Shown piece after piece: positions 56,705-64,000 of a stretch of DNA of 64,000 bases; within the stretch, counting starts at the first letter, position 1, and every line of letters starts with the position of its first letter. Location of the stretch: the sequence record MZ892903.1; one strand, given 5' to 3'. Source of the DNA: Escherichia phage ELT1. Under the pieces are notes generated by a model that saw nothing but the letters and a program-made list of their open reading frames with translations, searched no databases and was not told the DNA's origin. A program made the translations under genes and the position numbers.

Positions 56705-59700
56705 CAGTAAAAGCACCTTCAGTCACTAGTCTCAGAATTTCCAAGTTATCCGCAAATCAGGTGCAAGTACGCTGGGATGACGTTGGTGCTAATTTCTACT
56801 ATTTTGTAGAAATCGCTGAGACAAAAACAGACTCGGGGGAAAATCTCCCGAGTAATCAATACAGATGGGTTAACTTAGGATATACTGCAAATAACAGCTT
56901 CTTTTTTGATAATGCTAATCCATTGACATCGTACATTATTAGAGTAGCTACCGCTGCGCAGGATTTTGAGCAGTCTGATTGGATTTATACTGAAGAGTTT
57001 GAAACTTTTGCTACAAATGCTTATACATTTCAAAACATGATTGAAATGCAATTAGCTAATAAATTCATTCAGGAAAAATTTACTCTTAATAATTCTGACT
57101 ATGTCAATTTTAACAATGACACTATAATGGCTGCATTGATGAATGAATCGTTTCAATTCAGCCCATCATATGCTGATGTTTCATCAATAAGTAATTTTAT
57201 TATTGGTGAAAATGAGTATCATGAAATACAAGGTTCTATTCAGCAAGTATGTAAGGATATTAACAGAGTTTATTTGATGGAATCAGAAGGGATTCTATAT
57301 CTTTTTGAGCGTTATCAACCTGTAGTTAAAGTATCTAATGATAAAGGACAAACCTGGAAAGCTGTAAAGCTCTTCAATGACCGCGTAGGATATCCTTTAT
57401 CTAAGACAGTATATTACCAATCTGCGAACACAGCATACGTTCTAGGATACGACAAGATTTTCTATGGCCGCAAATCGACTGATGTTAGATGGTCAGCTGA
57501 TGATGTCAGATTTAGTTCGCAGGATATAACATTCGCTAAACTCGGTGACCAATTACATCTAGGATTTGATGTAGAAATTTTTGCCACTTACGCGACTTTA
57601 CCAGCTAATGTATATCGCATTGCAGAAGCTATTACTTGCACCGATGATTACATTTACGTTGTCGCCAGAGACAAAGTTAGATACATAAAAACGAGTAATG
57701 CACCTATAGATTCTGATCCATTATCTCCAACGTATTCGGAAAGGCTATTTGAACCTGATACAATGACTATAACCGGAAATCCTAAAGCAGTATGTTATAA
57801 AATGGATTCTATTGGTGATAAAGTCTTTGCTCTTATTATTGGTGAAGTTGAAACATTAAATGCTAATCCTAGAACATCAAAAATAATTGATTCTGCCGAT
57901 AAAGGAATATATGTTTTAAATCATGCCACGAAAACATGGAAAAGAGTTTTTGGCAACACTGAAGAAGAAAGAAGACGTATTCAACCCGGATATGCGAATA
58001 TGTCAACTGACGGTAAATTAGTTTCTCTATCTTCGAGTAATTTTAAATTTTTAAGTGATAATGTTGTTAATGACCCTGAAACTGCAGCGAAATATCAGTT
58101 AATCGGTGCTGTTAAATATGAATTTCCTCGTGAATGGTTAGCTGATAAGCATTATCATATGATGGCATTTATAGCGGATGAAAAATCTGATTGGGAGACT
58201 TTTACTCCTCAACCAATGAAATACTACGCAGAACCGTTCTTTAACTGGTCTAAAAAATCTAACACACGTTGTTGGATAAACAACTCTGATAGAGCTGTAG
58301 TAGTTTATGCTGATTTAAAATATACTAAAGTTATTGAAAATTTTCCAGAAACATCTCCAGATAGATTAGTTCATGAATACTGGGATGATGGTGATTGTAC
58401 GATAGTAATGCCAAATGTTAAATTCACGGGATTTAAAAAATACGCGTCTGGGATGCTTTTTTATAAATCTTCTGGTGAAATAATTTCTTACTATGATTTT
58501 AACTATCGTGTGAGAGATACAGTAGAAATTATTTGGAAGCCAACTGAAGTATTTTTAAAAGCATTTTTACAAAACCAAGAACATGAAACCCCTTGGTCGC
58601 CTGAAGAAGAGCGTGGATTAGCTGACCCTGATTTAAGACCATTGATTGGCACAATGATGCCTGATTCTTATTTGTTGCAGGATTCGAATTTTGAGGCATT
58701 TTGCGAAGCATACATTCAATATCTTTCTGATGGATATGGAACTCAGTATAACAATTTACGAAATTTAATTCGTAACAAATATCCACGAGAAGAGCATGCA
58801 TGGGAATATTTGTGGTCAGAGATATATAAAAGAAACATTTATTTAAATGCTGATAAACGCGATGCTGTTGCGAGATTCTTTGAATCACGTAGCTACGATT
58901 TTTATTCTACTAAAGGAATTGAAGCATCATACAAGTTTCTTTTTAAAGTTCTTTATAATGAAGAAGTTGAAATTGAAATTGAATCTGGGGCTGGTACTGA
59001 ATATGATATAATCGTTCAATCTGATTCTTTGACTGAAGATTTAGTAGGACAAACGATTTATACGGCAACAGGAAGATGTAATGTTACTTATATAGAAAGA
59101 AGCTATTCTAATGGTAAATTGCAATGGACCGTAACTATTCATAATCTTTTGGGAAGATTGATTGCCGGTCAAGAAGTTAAAGCAGAAAGACTTCCTAGTT
59201 TTGAAGGCGAAATTATTCGTGGAGTTAAAGGGAAGGATTTGCTTCAAAATAATATAGACTATATTAATAGAAGTCGGTCATATTATGTAATGAAAATTAA
59301 ATCCAATTTGCCTTCTTCCCGCTGGAAATCTGACGTTATTCGTTTTGTTCATCCAGTAGGATTTGGATTTATAGCAATTACCCTTTTAACAATGTTTATT
59401 AATGTTGGTTTAACTCTTAAACACACAGAGACTATAATTAATAAATACAAAAACTATAAATGGGATTCTGGATTGCCTACTGAATATGCTGATAGAGTAG
59501 CTAAATTAACTCCAACCGGTGAAATTGAGCATGATTCAGTAACAGGCGAAGCAATTTATGAGCCTGGCCCAATGGCTGGCGTAGAATATCCTCTTCCTGA
59601 TGACTATAATGCTGAAAATAATAATTCAATATTTCAAGGTCAATTGCCATCTGAACGACGTAAATTAATGAGTCCTCTATTTGACGCTTCTGGAACAACA

Positions 59701-59799
59701 TTTGCACAATTTAGAGATTTAGTTAATAAACGTCTAAAAGATAATATAGGAAATCCAAGAGACCCTGAAAATCCAACACAGGTTAAAATAGATGAATGA
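56701..59799 (+). CDS. 7: baseplate wedge protein
   Basis: 1032 aa as in T4 gp7. Confidence 0.9.
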   Translation: MTVKAPSVTSLRISKLSANQVQVRWDDVGANFYYFVEIAETKTDSGENLPSNQYRWVNLGYTANNSFFFDNANPLTSYIIRVATAAQDFEQSDWIYTEEFETFATNAYTFQNMIEMQLANKFIQEKFTLNNSDYVNFNNDTIMAALMNESFQFSPSYADVSSISNFIIGENEYHEIQGSIQQVCKDINRVYLMESEGILYLFERYQPVVKVSNDKGQTWKAVKLFNDRVGYPLSKTVYYQSANTAYVLGYDKIFYGRKSTDVRWSADDVRFSSQDITFAKLGDQLHLGFDVEIFATYATLPANVYRIAEAITCTDDYIYVVARDKVRYIKTSNAPIDSDPLSPTYSERLFEPDTMTITGNPKAVCYKMDSIGDKVFALIIGEVETLNANPRTSKIIDSADKGIYVLNHATKTWKRVFGNTEEERRRIQPGYANMSTDGKLVSLSSSNFKFLSDNVVNDPETAAKYQLIGAVKYEFPREWLADKHYHMMAFIADEKSDWETFTPQPMKYYAEPFFNWSKKSNTRCWINNSDRAVVVYADLKYTKVIENFPETSPDRLVHEYWDDGDCTIVMPNVKFTGFKKYASGMLFYKSSGEIISYYDFNYRVRDTVEIIWKPTEVFLKAFLQNQEHETPWSPEEERGLADPDLRPLIGTMMPDSYLLQDSNFEAFCEAYIQYLSDGYGTQYNNLRNLIRNKYPREEHAWEYLWSEIYKRNIYLNADKRDAVARFFESRSYDFYSTKGIEASYKFLFKVLYNEEVEIEIESGAGTEYDIIVQSDSLTEDLVGQTIYTATGRCNVTYIERSYSNGKLQWTVTIHNLLGRLIAGQEVKAERLPSFEGEIIRGVKGKDLLQNNIDYINRSRSYYVMKIKSNLPSSRWKSDVIRFVHPVGFGFIAITLLTMFINVGLTLKHTETIINKYKNYKWDSGLPTEYADRVAKLTPTGEIEHDSVTGEAIYEPGPMAGVEYPLPDDYNAENNNSIFQGQLPSERRKLMSPLFDASGTTFAQFRDLVNKRLKDNIGNPRDPENPTQVKIDE

Positions 59800-60796
59800 T
59801 TCAAGTGTTATCTATCGTGCGATAGTTACTTCAAAATTTAGAACAGAAAAAATGTTGAATTTTTATAATTCAATTGGAAGTGGTCCGGATAAAAACACTA
59901 TCTTTATCACATTTGGAAGATCAGAACCGTGGTCATCAAATGAAAATGAGGTGGGTTTTGCCCCACCTTATCCAACCGATTCTGTATTAGGCGTAACTGA
60001 CATGTGGACGCATATGATGGGAACAGTAAAAGTTCTTCCATCAATGCTTGATGCTGTTATTCCTCGTCGAGATTGGGGAGATACTAGATATCCGGATCCG
60101 TATACATTTAGAATTAACGATATTGTAGTGTGTAACTCAGCTCCTTACAACGCTACTGAATCAGGCGCAGGCTGGTTAGTATATCGTTGTTTAGATGTTC
60201 CTGATACTGGAATGTGTTCAATCGCATCTTTAACTGATAAGGATGAATGCCTTAAGCTAGGTGGAAAATGGACTCCTTCTGTTAGGTCAATGACTCCTCC
60301 TGAAGGTCGAGGAGATGCTGAAGGAACAATTGAACCTGGGGACGGGTATGTATGGGAATATCTTTTTGAGATTCCGCCTGATGTATCTATAAATAGATGC
60401 ACAAATGAATATATCGTGGTTCCTTGGCCTGAGGAATTAAAAGAAGACCCGACTAGATGGGGATATGAAGATAATCTCACTTGGCAACAAGATGATTTTG
60501 GATTAATTTACCGTGTTAAGGCAAATACTATCCGTTTTAAAGCATATTTAGATTCAGTTTATTTTCCTGAAGCTGCATTGCCAGGAAATAAAGGATTTAG
60601 ACAAATATCGATAATCACGAATCCTCTTGAAGCTAAAGTTCATCCAAATGACCCAAACGTTAAAGCTGAAAAGGATTATTATGACCCAGAAGATTTAATG
60701 AGGCATTCGGGCGAAATGATTTATATGGAAAATAGGCCACCTATTATTATGGCAATGGATCAAACAGAAGAAATCAATATTCTGTTTACATTTTAA
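59792..60796 (+). CDS. 8: baseplate wedge protein
   Basis: 334 aa as in T4 gp8. Confidence 0.9.
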   Translation: MNDSSVIYRAIVTSKFRTEKMLNFYNSIGSGPDKNTIFITFGRSEPWSSNENEVGFAPPYPTDSVLGVTDMWTHMMGTVKVLPSMLDAVIPRRDWGDTRYPDPYTFRINDIVVCNSAPYNATESGAGWLVYRCLDVPDTGMCSIASLTDKDECLKLGGKWTPSVRSMTPPEGRGDAEGTIEPGDGYVWEYLFEIPPDVSINRCTNEYIVVPWPEELKEDPTRWGYEDNLTWQQDDFGLIYRVKANTIRFKAYLDSVYFPEAALPGNKGFRQISIITNPLEAKVHPNDPNVKAEKDYYDPEDLMRHSGEMIYMENRPPIIMAMDQTEEINILFTF

Positions 60797-60800
60797 ATTA

Positions 60801-60825
60801 AGGGAGCCCATGGGCTCCCTTTTTC
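60801..60825 (+). terminator. intrinsic terminator after gene 8 (GGGAGCCCAUGGGCUCCC followed by UUUUU)
   Basis: Perfect palindromic GC stem and T-run on plus strand immediately after gene 8 stop. Confidence 0.6.
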
Positions 60826-60827
60826 TT

Positions 60828-60835
60828 TATAAATA
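60828..60835 (+). promoter_or_regulatory. late promoter box TATAAATA upstream of gene 9
   Basis: Exact TATAAATA about 25 nt upstream of gene 9 ATG. Confidence 0.55.
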
Positions 60836-60859
60836 CTATAAACTCATAAGGAAACCGCT

Positions 60860-61726
60860 ATGTTCATTCAAGAACCAAAGAAATTGATTGATACCGGCGA
60901 AATTGGTAACGCTTCTACTGGTGATATCTTATTCGACGGTGGTAATAAAATTAATAGTGATTTTAACGCAATTTATAATGCGTTTGGCGATCAGCGCAAA
61001 ATGGCAGTAGCAAATGGCACTGGAGCAAATGGCCAAATTATCCATGCTACTGGATATTATCAAAAGCACTCTATCACAGAGTACGCAACTCCAGTAAAAG
61101 TTGGCACTAGACATGATATTGATACCTCTACTGTAGGTGTTAAAGTTATCATTGAAAGAGGCGAACTTGGTGATTGCGTTGAATTTATTAACTCAAATGG
61201 ATCTATATCAGTTACTAATCCTTTAACGATTCAGGCTATTGATTCAATTAAAGGTGTTTCAGGTAATTTGGTAGTAACTAGTCCATATAGTAAAGTTACT
61301 TTACGTTGTATTTCATCTGATAATTCTACGTCAGTTTGGAATTATTCTATTGAAAGTATGTTTGGCCAAAAGGAATCACCGGCCGAAGGTACGTGGAATA
61401 TTTCTACATCTGGATCAGTTGACATTCCATTATTTCATCGTACTGAATACAATATGGCTAAATTGTTAGTTACATGCCAATCAGTAGATGGAAGAAAAAT
61501 TAAAACGGCAGAAATAAATATTCTTGTAGATACTGTTAATTCAGAGGTCATTTCTTCTGAATATGCTGTCATGCGAGTTGGGAATGAAACCGAAGAAGAC
61601 GAAATCGCTAATATTGCATTTAGTATTAAAGAAAATTACGTAACGGCGACTATAAGTTCTTCAACTGTCGGTATGAGAGCAGCAGTTAAAGTTATCGCTA
61701 CGCAGAAAATCGGGGTGGCTCAATAA
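60860..61726 (+). CDS. 9: baseplate wedge protein, long tail fibre attachment
   Basis: 288 aa as in T4 gp9. Confidence 0.9.
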   Translation: MFIQEPKKLIDTGEIGNASTGDILFDGGNKINSDFNAIYNAFGDQRKMAVANGTGANGQIIHATGYYQKHSITEYATPVKVGTRHDIDTSTVGVKVIIERGELGDCVEFINSNGSISVTNPLTIQAIDSIKGVSGNLVVTSPYSKVTLRCISSDNSTSVWNYSIESMFGQKESPAEGTWNISTSGSVDIPLFHRTEYNMAKLLVTCQSVDGRKIKTAEINILVDTVNSEVISSEYAVMRVGNETEEDEIANIAFSIKENYVTATISSSTVGMRAAVKVIATQKIGVAQ

Positions 61727-63531
61727 TGAAACAAAATATTAATATCGGTAATGTTGTTGATGATGGTACCGGTGACTACCTGCGTAAAGGTGGTATAAAA
61801 ATAAATGAAAACTTTGATGAACTTTATTATGAACTTGGTGATGGAGATGTTCCATATTCAGCCGGTGCCTGGAAAACTTATAATGCTTCATCTGGACAAA
61901 CACTAACGGCAGAATGGGGAAAATCATATGCCATTAACACTTCATCTGGAAGAGTAACTCTACAACTTCCTAAAGGAACTGTTAATGATTATAATAAAGT
62001 AATTAAAGCTAGGGATGTATTTGCAACATGGAATGTTAATCCAGTTACTCTAGTAGCCGCTTCTGGTGATACTATTAAAGGATCATCATCGTCAGTTGAA
62101 ATTAATATTCAATTTAGTGATTTAGAGCTCGTTTATTGCGCTCCAGGACGCTGGGAGTATGTCAAAAATAAGCAAATCGATAAAATTATCAGTTCAGACA
62201 TTAGTAATGTAGCTCGTAAAGAATTTTTAGTCGAAGTTCAAGGGCAAACAGACTTTTTAGATGTTTTCCGTGGAACTAGTTATAATGTCAATAACATCAG
62301 AGTAAAACATCGTGGTAACGAATTGTATTACGGTGATGTATTTAGTGAAAACAGTGACTTTGGCTCTCCGGGGGAAAATGAAGGAGAATTAATTCCTCTT
62401 GATGGATTTAATATTAGGTTAAGACAGCCTTGTAATATTGGCGACACTGTTCAAATTGAAACGTTTATGGATGGTGTATCACAATGGAGAAGTTCATATA
62501 CTAGACGCCAAATAAAAGTACTAGATTCAAAACTAACATCAAAGACTTCTTTAGAAGGAAGCATTTATGTTACTGATTTATCGGCGATGAAATCAATTCC
62601 ATTTTCAGCTTTTGGATTAATTCCTGGCGAACCCATTAATCCTAATTCTCTTGAGGTTCGTTTTAATGGAATTTTACAGCAACAGGCTGGAACAGCTGGA
62701 TATCCTCTGTTTTTGTGTGAAGGCGCTAATTCAGATACGCAAGCAGGATGTATATCTCTTGGTGGTGAATGGAAAGAATCGAACACAGATTATTCTATAG
62801 AATACGAAGATGGAAAACCTGTCAGTCTTTTATTTGATAGAAAATTTGAATCAGGAGATATAATCGTTATAACATGGTTCAATAATGATTTAGGAACTCT
62901 TTTAGAAAAAGATGACATCATTGAATTAACTGATGACCGTTATGTTAGTAAAGGATCATCTACTGAAGTTACTGGTGATGTAGCCTTAACAGATTTTGAT
63001 AAAATCGGTTGGCCAAATGTTGAAAAAGTTGATTCTTATACTAGAACGTATAATTCAATATCATCTATTTTCGACAGCATTTATCCTGTTGGTTCAATTT
63101 ATGAAAATGCTATAAACCCAAATAATCCGGTGACTTATATGGGATTTGGTTCATGGAAATTATTTGGTAAAGGACAAGTTTTAGTAGGATGGAATGATGA
63201 TGTTACAGATCCAAACTTTGCATTAAACAATAATGATTTAGATTCTAGCGGAAATCCTTCACATACCGCCGGTGGAACAGTTGGAACAACAACAGTGACA
63301 CTTGAAAACGCAAATCTTCCTGCGACTAAAACCGACGAAAGAGTTTTAATTGAAGACGAAAATGGATCGGTTATTATTGGAGGTTGCCAATATGACCCAG
63401 ATGAAACTGGTCCTATATATACAAAATATCGTGAAGACTACGCAACAACAAACTCTTCACATACTCCTCCTGCTAATATTAGTAATATTCAACCGTCTAT
63501 TACTGTATACCGTTGGATAAGGATTGCATAA
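61726..63531 (+). CDS. 10: baseplate wedge protein, short tail fibre attachment
   Basis: 601 aa, close to T4 gp10 length. Confidence 0.9.
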   Translation: MKQNINIGNVVDDGTGDYLRKGGIKINENFDELYYELGDGDVPYSAGAWKTYNASSGQTLTAEWGKSYAINTSSGRVTLQLPKGTVNDYNKVIKARDVFATWNVNPVTLVAASGDTIKGSSSSVEINIQFSDLELVYCAPGRWEYVKNKQIDKIISSDISNVARKEFLVEVQGQTDFLDVFRGTSYNVNNIRVKHRGNELYYGDVFSENSDFGSPGENEGELIPLDGFNIRLRQPCNIGDTVQIETFMDGVSQWRSSYTRRQIKVLDSKLTSKTSLEGSIYVTDLSAMKSIPFSAFGLIPGEPINPNSLEVRFNGILQQQAGTAGYPLFLCEGANSDTQAGCISLGGEWKESNTDYSIEYEDGKPVSLLFDRKFESGDIIVITWFNNDLGTLLEKDDIIELTDDRYVSKGSSTEVTGDVALTDFDKIGWPNVEKVDSYTRTYNSISSIFDSIYPVGSIYENAINPNNPVTYMGFGSWKLFGKGQVLVGWNDDVTDPNFALNNNDLDSSGNPSHTAGGTVGTTTVTLENANLPATKTDERVLIEDENGSVIIGGCQYDPDETGPIYTKYREDYATTNSSHTPPANISNIQPSITVYRWIRIA

Positions 63532-64000
63532 TGAGTTTACTTAATAATAAAGCGGGAGTTATTTCCCGCTTAGCAGATTTTCTTGGTTTTAGAACTAAGA
63601 AAAATGATATTTCGGTTATGAATAATCAGCCAGTAGGTGCTGTAACAATTTCACAAATAGCAAAAGGTTTTTATGACCCAAATGTAGAATCTGCTATCAA
63701 TGATGTTAGAAATATGGCAGAGCAACAGGTTGGAGCTGTATTAGTTAATATAAGTGGCGTATCTCCTACTGGCGTGCAGCAAACAGACTATTGGTCATTT
63801 GAAGGAACTGTTACTGATACTTCAGCCAAACCAGGTGACCCAGTTATTGTTAATATGTTTGGCATTCCTGTTAAAGCTACTAATGGAATGACTTCAATCG
63901 AATTTACCAGTGCCGTTAGAACAGCTCTGCAGGAAATGGTTGCAAAATTTATTGCAATTGATTCATTTGAAGACCATCCTACCATAGGAAATAAAATACA
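63531..64000 (+). CDS. 11: baseplate wedge protein, N-terminal part (runs off window)
   Basis: ATG at 63531 overlapping gene 10 stop (ATAATGA); open to window end. Confidence 0.7.
   Translation, partial: MSLLNNKAGVISRLADFLGFRTKKNDISVMNNQPVGAVTISQIAKGFYDPNVESAINDVRNMAEQQVGAVLVNISGVSPTGVQQTDYWSFEGTVTDTSAKPGDPVIVNMFGIPVKATNGMTSIEFTSAVRTALQEMVAKFIAIDSFEDHPTIGNKI

Noticed and set aside
58529-58888. 119-aa minus-strand ORF inside gene 7, plus other antisense ORFs in late genes (56230-56427, 59041-59247, 59501-59707, 60145-60480, 61739-61927, 62565-62786)
   Set aside because: Antisense to long, syntenic structural genes; no promoter or SD signals
63788-63985. 65-aa minus-strand ORF near the window end
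   Set aside because: Antisense to the gene 11 reading frame that continues from 63531

Overview
This window is a contiguous segment of a T-even (T4-like, Tevenvirinae) coliphage genome, colinear with phage T4 from the gene 42 region through gene 11. All calls are from reading the sequence and ORF track plus recalled T4 biology; no database search was run. Early and middle genes lie on the minus strand (1 to about 51.5 kb): gene 42, imm, DNA polymerase gp43 with its translational operator, regA, 62, 44, 45, rpbA, 46, 47, a-gt, 55, nrdH, nrdG, an intron-split nrdD carrying I-TevII, 49, nrdC, rI, tk, regB, lysozyme e, nudE, a nine-tRNA cluster, ipI, 57B (Acb1-like), 57A, 1, 3, 2 and 4. Late baseplate genes 53, 5, 5.1, 5.4, 6, 7, 8, 9, 10 and the start of 11 lie on the plus strand (51.6 to 64 kb). 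Recurrent signals are sigma70-type early promoters (TTTAC-N17-TA.TAT), TATAAATA late promoters and UUCG-tetraloop hairpins after many early genes. The phage is probably not T4 itself: it has a seg-like GIY-YIG endonuclease and a non-T4 glycosyltransferase start next to gene 42, no denV where T4 has one, a variant internal-protein gene, two paralogous HNH endonucleases, a NUMOD3/DUF559-type endonuclease overlapping tRNA-Arg, and an extra tRNA. The most interesting candidates for unexplored function are in the accessory stretches: a P-loop NTPase in the denV/ipII position, a macro-domain protein, a pol-beta-type nucleotidyltransferase, an AAA-type ATPase, a PspA-like protein and a family of small acidic paralogs.
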